Assembly (NCBI RefSeq): GCF_009834535.1
Contig: NC_045715.1
Span: 5,208,001 to 5,272,000, forward strand
DNA: 64,000 nucleotides
Direction: 5' to 3'
From: Camelus ferus
Lineage: Eukaryota
Position 1 is the first letter of the stretch. Every line of letters starts with the position of its first letter. The position numbers were made by a program, and so were the translations under genes. The notes under the pieces were generated by a model, which was not told the DNA's origin, did no database searches, and was given only the letters and a program-made list of their open reading frames with translations. Of the stretch, positions 25,835-37,846 are shown piece by piece.

Positions 25835-27541
25835 CTAGAGAGGACGTTGCGGGGAGGCAGTCCCAAAGGGGAGAGGGCCACGCAGACCATCTAAGAAGGG
25901 CAGACTGCCCTGTCTCTCCATCACACTTCAAGTGCATCTTAAAGACAAGCATGGAGTGTAGCCAGACTGTACGCCCATGTCTGCGAATGATCCCAGTTCT
26001 TTTTCATGTTACTAATCTAAAGTATTTAGATGTTCAAAGAAAGTCAAGTAGGCGTATAAAGGATTGCATTCATAATTAAAGTCAGCTCATGCTCCTGGTT
26101 GGTAGAAGACAAACTTTTGTAAAATCTGAACATTTATTGATCGGTGGATGGAGAAGTATTTTGCAAGTAGACCAATGAACCATGCACATTTCATTGACCA
26201 GAAACTGCTCAGCACTCTTGGGGGAAGTGGGGGACCATCGCAAACATGCTCAAATCAATTGCCTGGAATTTCTGTGCTGCAGTTAACATCTCCAGACTGC
26301 AAGGTCTGAGTTGTCTGTTTGAGACTTTGCATGTATTCTTAGGACACAGGAGGTCAAAAGAAGATTTGGCTGGTCTCTGAATCCCCTTCCCTCTTCCTTC
26401 CAACAGGCACCAAACTTGTCAGATTCTGTTTACCCTGAAAGAGTGAACTGGGCAAATGTTCCACTGCTGTGATCAGAAGCATCCACTCGCCGTGAGCACT
26501 TCTGTGCCTCGAGACTCCAGAGCACTTGTGATCACAGGAAAATTTAGAACTAATTTTTTAAAATACAGAATTAAAAATTGCTTTGGCAAGGGCCCTGTTT
26601 CTTGTCGTGGGGGTGTAGGACAGAAAGCTTCCCCCTTTTAATATCTACAGTGATAAAGACATAACGATTTTAAAGCAATGGCTTCAACATTCATCCTTGA
26701 AAAACTTCTGGCTTGAGTTTATTTAAAAGGGAGCCCTCTGGTAGCTTTTTTGCAACCTGTAATAAACTCATTGGAATGAGTGGGAAATAGATATCGTATG
26801 TTTCCTGAACCTTCCTGGGTCCGTGGCCAGGAGAGAACTGCTTGTTGTTCATGGGGTTAATGGTGTCCGAACCTTACTTGCGTGTGTGATTAAGGATGTG
26901 CCTCTTGCATTCAGTCCAGGTTTGGGGAAGATTAGCTGTTCTAAACAGAAGTGGAAGAACAGCCCAGAAGAATTGGGAAAAGAATGCGTAGCAGGAGCAA
27001 CAGGATTCTTTTTTCCTGTGTGTGGCTCTGTCGGGGCGGAAAGGGATGAAACGCCGTTTAAAAATTAAACGCAGACTAACTGCTGTCATCCTCTGAGAGA
27101 TGCCAGGAAACATTTAATCCAGGAGATACCCCCGACCGTTGACCACATCCCACCCACCCCCATTCAGGGGAAATCTTCAGACTCTGTCACTTAGACGGAC
27201 ACGGTGATTGCTGCAAATGCTGGTGGTTGTTTTTTAGGGTTTACAGCGCAATGGGCAAAGAGTGTGTGACCGTGTTTGGGTTTATACTACATTCAGCTCC
27301 GGAAAAAGACTGTGTCCAAACTGGCCAAACTGGTTTCAATGCTTAAGAAGTCTTCTAGGGAATAAAACATGGTCAGAGACAGCAAAAGGAAGGGAAATTG
27401 AATCTGATCATGAAAATGGATCACTCCTGCCAAATCTCTTACGTGGTGAGATCACTTATTTGCACGTTTGTTCACTGAACAGATGTTGGGTGGCTGCTTA
27501 TGATGTACAAAGCTAGAAATTGTTAGCCCAGTTTTTTAAAA

Positions 27542-27678
27542 TTTATTTTTATTTTATTAAAATTTTTGTATGGGGGGAAGTTAGGTTTATTTATTTATTT
27601 TTTATGGAGGGACTGGGGATTGAACCCAGCACCTCATGCATGCTAGGCACGCGCTCTACCACTGAGCTACACCCTTCC
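27542..27678 (-). mobile_element. Camelid tRNA-derived SINE, long-tail form, copy 2
   Basis: ggactggggattgaacccagcacctcatgcatgctaggcacgcgctctaccactgagctacaccc. TSD agccca(ca)gttttt at 27525 and 27679. Confidence 0.9.
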
Positions 27679-28346
27679 AGCCCACAGTTTTTAAAACATT
27701 AAAAAAAAAAAAAAGACATATTTACATCTCCTACTCTACAGATTCTCAGTTGGATCGAAATTTCTTGGTTAATTGTATGTATTGATAGAAAAAAATATAA
27801 ATATGAAAGTATACATCTCCTTGACTCACTGAAGAGGAAGAAACATTTCCTCCATGTAAAGTTGCCCATCTTATCCAGAAAATCCACAGATGAAAACAGC
27901 CCCAGAGCGTCCTGGGGTTCTGAAAGCTCCAAGGGGCGTCCGAGAGCCCCCACGCTGGTGTCCTAGACGTGCAGATGCGAACACCGAGCCGAGCCGAGCG
28001 CGCGGTGGTCCCGGGGCTGCGGAGGCGGCTGGGGGACTCGCCGAGCACAGGGGCTGGCTGCCTCCTTCGGGGCAGATGCTCGACACGCACTAACGCTTCT
28101 TGGGGCGCTTGACTGGGTTCCAGCTGCTCTGCTGAATTCAGTGACTAAAACGAGAACTAGAAGTGGAAAGTCGCCACCCTGCAGTAGCTCACAGTGCTTC
28201 TGTCTTAGATCTTCTTCCTCCAAAGCTGCCAAGTAGCAGCTTGCAAAGTGAGGGAATTAAGCAGAGGATCGCTTAGGAAGGATTCATTCTATAGGATAGT
28301 GGCACTTGGTAGATTTCACTCCAAGCGTTGAAACCCATGTATTCTT

Positions 28347-28484
28347 TTTTTTTTAAAGGTTTTTTTGGGGGTAGATAATTAGGTTTATTATTACTGTTAT
28401 TTTTAATGGAGGGACTGGGGCTTGAACCCAGGACCTCGTGCATGCTAAGCACGGGTTCTACCACTGAGTCACACCCTCCTCCTA
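28347..28484 (-). mobile_element. Camelid tRNA-derived SINE, long-tail form, copy 3, perfect 16-bp TSD
   Basis: aaacccatgtattctt at 28331-28346 and 28485-28500. Body ggggcttgaacccaggacctcgtgcatgctaagcacgggttctaccactgag. Confidence 0.93.
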
Positions 28485-31178
28485 AAACCCATGTATTCTT
28501 GAGAGAAGAGAAATCTCAGTGTGTCTGAGAGGCCACTCCTGGGCCAGCACTGACTCTCGGGGACAGGGGACGGGGCGTTTGAGATGAAACAGGCTTCCGA
28601 TGTGTTCCTGTGGGGGTAACAACAGTGTGGAGTCTGACTGTGGGGCTGGGGGATTGTCACCCAGCTGTGGCCATCTTTGAAACCTTGGGTCTGAAGCAGA
28701 GCCCCCCCCACCCCACTTCCCGCAACTAACCATGTATCTTTCCCCCCGATTGGGAATTGCGACATCGAGGGTCTGAAAAATGCCCTGTCAGTTCAGTTCA
28801 GCTCACATTGGTGACGAGCGAGTCCCGCTAGTAAGTTATGAAGCTCGTGCTAAATGATGTCAAAGGGCAGGGGGTCAACGTGACGGCTGTCCTCTTGCGA
28901 AGGCTCCCACCTCTCCTTGCATCACGGGCCCGTCTCACCCCCCACCAGGCCACCGTCCTCAGTGACTGCACAGTGATTCCTGGGTGGACAGATCTACCCC
29001 CCCAACTCCCACCCCGCTGGCTCCTGAACCCAGAAATCCAAGACACCCCCTTCCAGATGCCCCGCATTCCTGGCTCCTCTGGGGCCATGACCTGGGGCTC
29101 TTGGGGGGAGGTCCTACAGCAAGAGTCAGACGGGTGTGAAGGCCCACGGGTCCAAAGTTCAGGGAATGTGGCAGGTTGTGGGGTGGGGAATGCTTGCTTG
29201 AGAGACAAGACGGCAGGAGGGAGAAACCGATGGCGGAAGAGGAAATGGGAGAAGAATATTTGGAAGACGGTTCTGCTTTGTTGGGATGACTCCTGCTGGC
29301 CTGGTCACTGTTGCTACGGGGATGGGCTCCCTGTTGAGGCAAATGTCCATCTCCTAAGAGAAGCTTTTTAGGGATCCTTTCTGATCCACTGTCTACCTGA
29401 GACAACTTGATTTAGGAGACACTGTTTATAAAGCGCTCAGTGTTTTGGAATAGGGTTGAAGTTCAGGGTCATTCTTTTCAGCTCCTCCACTTGATGCTAA
29501 CACAGGGTGTCATTTGACCTCATTGATTCCAGGCTTCATCATTGTCTCGCCCACACGCTCCCACCCCACCCCCTTTATTAAATTCACGTGGGTCGTCTCT
29601 GCCCTCAGTTAAACTTTTCCAGTTAAACTCTCGCAGAGGTGAGAACTCCTTTACAGATAACTTCTATCGTGGAAGCATCCAGTTTTCTCTTGGGCTGTAA
29701 AAGCCTCTGATGATGAAAATGCTTAGGTTTTTGCTTTTAAATTGGGATTCTGAACTAAGTGGGGAAAATGTGTATATGAACATTTCTGCCCTGCAAATGG
29801 TTATAAGAGAACAGGGTAGTGGCTCTGCTTAGAGCTTTGAGTAAACATGGGCAGGTGTTCGGTGGGGGGGGGGGAGCATACTGAGGCCTGAGGTTCCAAA
29901 TTCAGCATCGATTTGGTTGCTTGGGGTTCGAGTGGAGTCTGATCGAGGCTCGGTACATTTCCTATACTTTTGATAGAGCTGTGTTATAATTGGATCGAGA
30001 AAGTGGAAGGACTTTGGGGAGAAGAAATAAGGGAAGCTCTGGGCTCGTTCTGAGGACTGATGGTGCATGAAGTCCAGATAACAAGGGTCTAAACTTTCAA
30101 TCTTAGGAAAAGATTCTGCTTAAGGACCACTGTCCATTCTGTTCTTATGAACATTGGCTTGAATCTCAGACGCATTTTGAAATTCAGTGGTAGTCTTTGG
30201 GCAATAGAAATTTTAAAAATGAAGCCATTACAAACTGCAAGAAAATAAAGGTCATTATTATTAACTGGACTCTAGACAGGAAGAAGCATTCCAGCTATAA
30301 AGTAGTAGAAGATTGTAGAATATGTGTGTATGTTATGTATACATATTCCTTACACATGTATGTGAGGAAACATATACCTATATATTAGGCTACATAAAAA
30401 TTTAAACTTACTTGTGTCAAAATATAAACAAAAATAAATACATTTGTGATATTAACTCTGGTGTATTTGTGGCAAATGTAGACAACAAATATGACAAAAA
30501 GCTGTCCTTACTGTATAACAAACTCATGCACGTCATGAAGAAAATACTAAAACTGAACTTAAAATATGCAAAATACACACAAACAAAACATCAAGAAAGA
30601 AAGAGAAATGTCTCCGGTGCATTTTGAACAACTCTTCCCCGATGCGATGAGGCGGTGTCCTGTTTGTAAGGCCCCACGCGAGGGCTCTCTCCCAGCTCTG
30701 CACTTTCCCTGAGCACTTTCCTCTGTGAGTGGCGTAACTGCCCTTGCATCCTTGTTTTTGGTGATTACTGGGAAGGTCAAAACACCATCCTTAGCATGGG
30801 TGAGTGATCTTCATACCGTGCAGTTGGTATATGCCTGGTTTTCTTTACTTTCCCCCATTTTCTCACTAATTGTCACCTTGATGTCTGATTTTATTTTGTA
30901 AGCTACCTTGAATATATTCGGAATGCCACAGGTTTTAAGTAAATCATTACATATTGTACAACTTCTGCAGACATTCCATAGCATCTCTCTGCAATTTACC
31001 TTGGGAATCCCATTGGTTCTGTGCACCTGAGTGGTACACAGCCCTGGGGATAAAGAGCTGGTCAGATGTTCAAAACGCGTCTCTCCCATTGTCCTGTCCA
31101 ATGCTCCCCACTCCGTGTCCAGCCAGGGATTCAGGGATTCAGTGATTCGGAATGAAAACCCAGCTGTTCTTGTTTGGT

Positions 31179-31196
31179 GGTGCCACCTGGTGGCCA
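31179..31196 (-). promoter_or_regulatory. CTCF core motif, reverse orientation
   Basis: Reverse complement TGGCCACCAGGTGGCACC fits CTCF consensus TGGCCACCAGGKGGCRCY. Motif evidence only. Confidence 0.7.
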
Positions 31197-31365
31197 GTTT
31201 GGGGACTCGGCTCTTCCGGTTCTTCCTCCAGCCCCGCCACCACCTTTCTGGGCTTTGCATCATCTTCTCCAGTTACAGATGGGGAAACAGAGAGAGAGGG
31301 TAACTTGTCCAAGATCACAAATGGAAGAAAGGACAGAGCTAAGGTGTGGATCCAAGTTAGCCAGT

Positions 31366-31988
31366 GTATGGGTTTTCTACTGCTGCATAACAGGTTATCA
31401 CAAATGTAGGAGCTTAAAGCAACATCCACTTGTTAGCTCGCCATCCTGGAGACTGTAAATCTGGGGCTGGGGGCATTGACTGAGTGCTCCGCTTAGGGTC
31501 TCACAAGGTGGGAATCAAGATATCAGCCAAGCTGGTCTCGAAAACTCTTGGAAAGGCATCTGCCTTGAAGCTTGTCCATGTTTCTGGAAGAAGTCATTTC
31601 CTTGTGGTCGTAGCAGTCGACTGAGGTCCCCATTTTCTTGGTTACTCTCAGCCAGGGCTGCCCTCGGGTTTGAGAAGCTGTCCGTATTCCTCAACAGACC
31701 GTCAGCCCCTCTGCCTTTTGAGCCGGCGATGGCATCATCCCGGGAACTCCTCTGATGTCCTCGTCCCTGCTGGTCGGAGAAAACGCTGCTTTTAAAGGGC
31801 CCCTGGGATTAGATTAGGTGCACGTGAATAACCTCTCCCCTGGTTAACTTTAAATCAGTTGGTTAGTAGCCTTAATTACCCCTGCAAATCCCCTTTGCCA
31901 ATCGGGGTGTGATTTCTCATCGTATTTACAGTTCTGGGGATTAGGGCAAGAAGTCTTAGGGGTTCATTTTAGGAACTGACCAGCCACA
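31366..31988 (-). mobile_element. MLT1E/F-like MaLR solo LTR
   Basis: tgtatgggttttctactgctgcataacaggttatcacaaatgtaggagcttaaagcaac ... tagccttaattacccctgcaaatcccctt ... ctgaccagccaca. Confidence 0.8.
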
Positions 31989-32087
31989 GCCAAATGCCAA
32001 AAACTCTTAACTTTTTCTTCATCCTTAAGATGGTATTTATTGTGTTTCCCATTTCTATTGTTCTGTTGTTCAACACCTCCTGCTGTT

Positions 32088-32181
32088 TTTTTATTTTATT
32101 TTTTATGGAGGGACTGGGGATCGAACCCAGGACCTTGTGCATGCTAATCATGTGCTCTACCACTGAGCTGGTTCCCTCCCT
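32088..32181 (-). mobile_element. Camelid tRNA-derived SINE, short-tail form, copy 4
   Basis: Reverse complement has cagctcagtggtagagcacatg...GGTTCGATCCccagtccctcc plus a simple A-rich tail. 13-bp TSD acct(c/t)ctgctgtt at 32075 and 32185. Confidence 0.9.
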
Positions 32182-32779
32182 GCAACCTTCTGCTGTTCAG
32201 TTTTATTTCAGGATTTCTTTTACTCTTCCACATAAAGCACCCGTATTCTCTTAACCTTCTCCTTTCCCATCATCTCTGAATTCTTCACTAGCATTCACAA
32301 GGAGCAGCTCTCTGCCCCTGTCTCTTTTCTCTCATTACATCTCACTCCCCAGGCCAGTGGGTGGAGTGGTCTGCGAGTCAGGAGGTCCAGTCTGTCCCTA
32401 AAGCAAGGATGTGGCTTGTTCCCTTAATTCCTTAGTGTCCTCAGCTGGCGGGAGCGAACGTGACTCTGTTAACTCGTTTGGGCTATAAAATGAGCTCATG
32501 TAAATGTTGCTTAAAATGTTCAAATGATGTGATGCCACGCTTGCTCCTAAGTTACCTGTTGTGAGACCTTTATTCTTCTCTTTCTGGGGCCTTTTCTTTC
32601 ATGGCAAGACCAAGAATTCCTGGGATTTCATCAATGGATCAGCCTTGGGTTCTCTCACCAAGCTGTGAGAGCCTTTACTTGAAGTGCTTCCGAGAGGCTG
32701 TGATGCCAAAACATTGATGAGCGGATGGAGGTGGAGATGATGTTGGACGTGGGCCAACTACCTCTGTGCACGCAGAGTA

Positions 32780-33005
32780 GCAGAGTGGCCAAGAGCACGG
32801 ACTGTGCAAAAAAAAAAAAAAAAAAAAAAAATCTGGACCGAAGTCCTGGCTTTGACACTGATAAGCTTTGGGAGTTTGGGCAAGTGTCTCATCAGTAAAT
32901 TAGAATAATATTGGAGATGCAAAAAAAATGAATTAGATGTTTGTAGAGAGCCCATCACTGCTTGGCACATGAAAAGTGTTCAGTAAATAGTTGCAATGGT
33001 TACTT
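32780..33005 (+). mobile_element. MIR SINE containing an A23 tract (32809-32831)
   Basis: gtggccaagagcacggactgtg...gtcctggctttgacactg...tttgggcaagtg...cttggcacatgaaaagtgttcagtaaatagtt. Confidence 0.7.
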
Positions 33006-33649
33006 TCGCTGCTGAGACTTAATAGCATAGCCTTGGTTGAAATTACATTATAATGAAGCATCTCAAAGGGTCACATGATCATTGATGGATCATGAAGTTG
33101 AAGCATAAATTGATATTAAATTTTAAAAAATAATAAATACCATAATGAGGTCTTTAAGAGTAGAGGGAAATGGTTAAATTCATCCCCATTATAATTACTA
33201 ATGAGCACCCCCCATATAATTACTAAAGTGCTCACGGTTAACATTTTCCTTTGTCCCAGTGGCTGGACTTTCTAATACAACCCACTTATCCAAAGATAGA
33301 ACAAGAGGACATAGGACATAGTAGTGTAGAAGTAGTCGTTCTGGTTGGAAACCAAACTGTTGGCGGAGCATTTACCGATCACTTGTGTTCTGATGGGGGT
33401 TACCCCGTGCTCGCTGGCCCAGGGGCTGCATTTGGAATCTGTGACGCAGGGGGCAGGAGGATGGAACATTTCCCACAGTGAGGACCTATGGAAGTCCTGT
33501 CTTCTGGGTTGCAAAGCCATCAATTAGGATGGAAAATTGCAGGAAAGGCTTGTGTGTCTGTGTTCCTGACAAAATGTAAGAAAGGAAAAGAAAAGAATGG
33601 AGGAGAGGTGGGGGAGGCGGGTGGCGCTTATGTTCCTGTAACACCTGTG

Positions 33650-33825
33650 TCCTTTATTTTAATCCTCCCAACAATCCGCAGAATGGATGTCCTCCCATTT
33701 TAAAGGTAAGGAAGAGGCTCAGAGGTCAAATAACTCTTCAAGGCCACGCTAATTGGTAAGGGATAGGTCTGGAATTTCAACCCAGATCTGTCTGACCACA
33801 AAAACCTGTACATTTTCCACTGGTG
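33650..33825 (-). mobile_element. MIR SINE
   Basis: ttaatcctcccaacaatcc...cccattttaaaggtaaggaagaggctcagaggtcaaataact...gaatttcaacccagatctgtctgac. Confidence 0.8.
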
Positions 33826-34510
33826 TATGACTTAGGATTCTGGCCCAAAGTAAAATCCATAATTAGGAAAGATGGTATTTTCTGTGCATGCTGATCTTTA
33901 TTTTAGACCAACTAATTAAACTGGGAGGGCTGGTTCTACTTATTAAAGTGCATTAGCACATCAGAGTATAGTTTGTCTGCCTTGGTGGTGGTTATTTTTG
34001 GTTTTACTTTTTCCCCTTAATGTCCACTTTCCCTAGAGGGGTTATATATTTGGTTAAAAAAGGAAACCCACTATGGTATTGGGGGAAAATGCTGTAGAAG
34101 GCAAAAATTTATTACTCTACCATGTCTAATGCTGGTTATTAGCTGACTGGTCTTTCCGTTACAATAATACTTCAGCGACTGAGATCAGAGCCTTCAGATC
34201 ATCAGGATGATCTATAATTCTGAACTCTACTTAGGACAGAAAGTGACAAATTCAAAGACAAAGGCAAGCAAAGATTTAGGCTCCCACCATTATCAGTCTG
34301 GGGAAACCAGCTCCTAGGTAGGTCCTTGGCCAAGCATGTATTCAGCCTAATTTAAAGTGATACTTGGCCTGTGAACTTTCCAGGCTGCAGAGTGCTTTTG
34401 CACGTGTTAATGAGCTCATTTAATTCTTAGATTCTTGTGTGTGTGTGTATGTGTGTGAGAGGCGTGTGCTGTGACTTCAGGATTCTTGCAACCAGACAGC
34501 ATCAGTTTCT

Positions 34511-34617
34511 TTCTTTTTTTTTAATTTTATTTTGCTTTCCTTAATTTATTTGATGGAGGTACTGGGACCTCATGCATGCCAAGCACACACTGTACCACTG
34601 AGCTGTACCCTCCCCCC
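34511..34617 (-). mobile_element. Camelid tRNA-derived SINE, copy 5, B-box deleted
   Basis: ggtactggg^acctcatgcatgccaagcacacactgtaccactgagctgtaccc lacks the gattgaacccagg segment present in the other copies. Confidence 0.85.
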
Positions 34618-37308
34618 ACCACATTGGTTTCTATCTTCCTTTCTTGGTGGAAGCTAACGCAGACATGCTGCCGGAGACTCTGTCGTTAAAGAACGATGCG
34701 GTTGTTTGCTTATTGAAGCAGAAAACGGCCTTATGTTTTAGAGCTGAATGAACAGTGTTTCTTAGAATTGTGTTTAACCTTCAGCTGACCCAAATATTAG
34801 ATTATCCCCACCACCTCCTGTAGCGACAGAAATGCAGCGTTGGACTGAACGGGCTTCGAGTCCCTGTACCATCATCTTGTACCATCACGTGACATTGAAA
34901 AAGCACAGAAACCGAGGTCGGGAACGCCAGGCTGGCCGACATGACTCAGCCAGCCTGTCCCCGGCTGTTGTGGGTAATCACGGTGTGGGTCCGACAGGTG
35001 AATGAGTTTCCATCAGGTCTCCATGCCCACACATTGTTGTTTTTTTTAAACACATTTATAATTGGACTCTTTCCTTGAAAAATGTTTTAAAAGCATGAAA
35101 TAGACCAAATCCGTGGCTTAGACTGTTTCGTTCTGCTGATTTTTCTCAGTATTTACAACATACGAAGAATTGCAGTAGATCAAAAATAAGCAAATACCTA
35201 CAAATTAGAGCCGGGGAAGCAGCCCCGTGTTTCTCATCTCACTGCCATGGAAGCTTGGAAAAGCATTCCTGAACGTTCTCTTCTCCGTAAGAGTGGTACC
35301 ATGATGCTTGCTTCAGACTTTTAGGATGTTTTATATTCAGCTAAGGGGGACTTGGGGAGGGGAGGGAACAGGAAGAATTTTTGGAATATTTAATCCTCCC
35401 TGTAGGATGTTCTTTAACTCACTGCCACCACATGTGGATACTTCAGGCACTTCTAATTCTGATTCGGGGAGTTTTTCCCCCAAACTTGCTGGCAGCTGCC
35501 GGCGGTAACTGACATCTTCATGGGAGTTGTGCGTTGTCGATAAACACAGCTGAAGGAATTCTTCATCGTGGCCTGCTGCTTTTAGAGGTCCCCTTTCTTG
35601 TGGATAAACACTGGCTATGATTCAATACTAGTCACAAACCAGCCCCAAAGGGACGTGCTTGTAGCCGGCATGGTCATGGTCACACAGAGCCAGAGCCCAG
35701 GCTGTCCTCAAACCAGGATGCCTCGTCCAGGCCTCGGGGGCCGGGACTCCGGCTCCACGGCCCTTGTTTTCAAAGTGAACAGGGATGGGGCTGCTTGTGA
35801 CCTTCAGGATCACGTCAGCTGTCAGGGTCCACCTGGGCCAGGGGTCACATGTGACACCTTGATGACATCAAAAAAAGGAGAGGCCATCATGATTGGGGAG
35901 AGGAGATCCTTCTAATGAGCTGATGCTTCATTTTATAAAAACATAAACCCATGAAGTTGGCAAGATGTTCTTTCTGGATTTCAGAACGGGCTATCCCCTG
36001 TCCAACCAGGGAAAGACTTGAGAACATGAGTAATTAGAGGGAGAGACATTTATGATGACAAGATGAATGGTGAGAATTGGCTGGAGCAGAGCACGAGGGA
36101 AGGAAAGGGACCAGCTGTGGTGTGAGACACACACAGAGGCACAACCACACAGGCACGCGGGTGTGTGAGTACACGTGTGACTGGGTGCGCCCACGTGCGG
36201 ACACGCGCGATCTCTGGTCCAGATTACGTCTAGAGAATGAGGCTTTAGCGGAGTCGATGTCCTGTGGCAGTTTGGTGACCAGCTCATCCTGGTTTGCCTG
36301 GGACTGTCCTGGTTTTAGCACAAAAAGACCTGTGTCCTAAAATATCCTTGAGTCTTGGGCAGACCAAGACCACTCTGTACCTCTTACTTATAGATCATCT
36401 TTAAGACCCAGCTGGTGAAAATGATCCAGATGAAATTCAAACCCGGGTGGACAGGGCACAACTGCATGCCTGTTCCATTGTCTGTCTTGTCGCTCGCGGT
36501 TGGCTGGCTGGGGTCCATCCAGGTCAGTTTATGTGCTCGTGTCTTAGGGGTTGCATGCCTACAACAGCATATTTTACTGTCAGATCTAGAGATCTAGCAA
36601 TTGTTTGAAATCGGCAAACTTGAGCAGATAAATAGGCAGAGAGAGCAGTGACACGGGGAAGCAGGATGGGAGAAGGGAGGATGGGAGGGACTAGGGAACG
36701 GGCACGGCCCCTGGTCCTACTGAGAAGGTCTGCATCACGTGACTGTACCAGGATGCGCCCCGCCATGGGGACCAAGAATCCCTTCTGGAAATCCTTCTTA
36801 GGTGCATTTAACTTTTTTCCCAATTACAATTTTCTTCTAAAACTCAGCCTGTTAATGGAGATGTTCTTTCCATCCTAAATGTTATATTTCCATCTTCCAA
36901 CTGGAGTTAATACTGTGATTTTTCAACCAGAAACAGATGCTACATTTTTTTTTTGTAATAGAGTTATCATAAATTGGACTACAGTGAATAACTTTTTTAA
37001 TCAGAGGAAAAGAGGCATCCCAACTGTGTTTCTAGATGTCTGAGAATATTTAGCACTTTCTTCAAGAAATAAAGTTAAGACTTGGTGAAACAGGGGGCGT
37101 TTGTGGTCCACTTAAGTGATGGACTCAAAAAGTTTTAAAATTTTAAATAATGCAATGGATTTTTATTATAAATAGAATACATTGTGAATAATTTATAGAG
37201 ATAACCAAAAATAAAGAAATAGAAATTACCCATAATTTTTCTACCATCCCAGCTAACTAGAATTTTGTCATATGTCCTTTTAGTCTTTTTAAAAGTATAT
37301 GTATGTAA

Positions 37309-37440
37309 GGGGGGGGAAGGTACAGCTCAGTGGTACAGTGTGTACTTAGCATGCATGAGGTCCTGGGCTCAATCCCCAGTACTTATGTTAGAATAAATAA
37401 GTAAATAAACCTAATTACCCCCCAAAATAAAAAAAAATTA
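37309..37440 (+). mobile_element. Camelid tRNA-derived SINE, long-tail form, copy 6 (sense to BMP6)
   Basis: ggggaaggtacagctcagtggtacagtgtgtacttagcatgcatgaggtcctgggctcaatccccagtac...aaataaacctaattacccccc. Confidence 0.9.
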
Positions 37441-37544
37441 ATATATGTATATACATTTTAATATACGTCTGAGTTACAAATGGTATCACCTGTACATACC
37501 ATTTTAAAAATAGATACTTCGTAAAGGCTTGCTCTTTTTAAGAA

Positions 37545-37745
37545 CTTTAAAAAATGAGATATGATTGATATAGCACACTAGTTTCAGGCATATAGCGTGA
37601 TGATGCGATATTTGTATGTACAGCAAAGTCTAGTCCCCAGTAAGTTTAGTTAACATCCAGCATCACACACAGTTACAGTTTTTTTTTCTTACAATGAGAA
37701 CCTGAAGATATACACTCTTAGCAGCTTTCAAATATGCGATAGCAA
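37545..37745 (-). mobile_element. Older L1MA-type 3' end fragment
   Basis: tagttaacatccagcatcacacacagttacagtttttttttcttacaatgagaacctgaagatatacactcttagcagctttcaaatat. Confidence 0.75.
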
Positions 37746-37846
37746 CATATGCAAATATGTTCTTTTTTGTTATAAGATCGCTCTGGCTGTTGCAGCATCT
37801 CTAAAGAGGATTAAAGCTCTCCTCTCTAGACAATAAATTCAAACCC

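Noticed and set aside
28838-29371. 177-aa plus-strand ORF and overlapping ORFs
   Set aside because: No recognisable domain, no convincing splice or Kozak context, and ORFs on both strands, as expected for GC-rich non-coding DNA.
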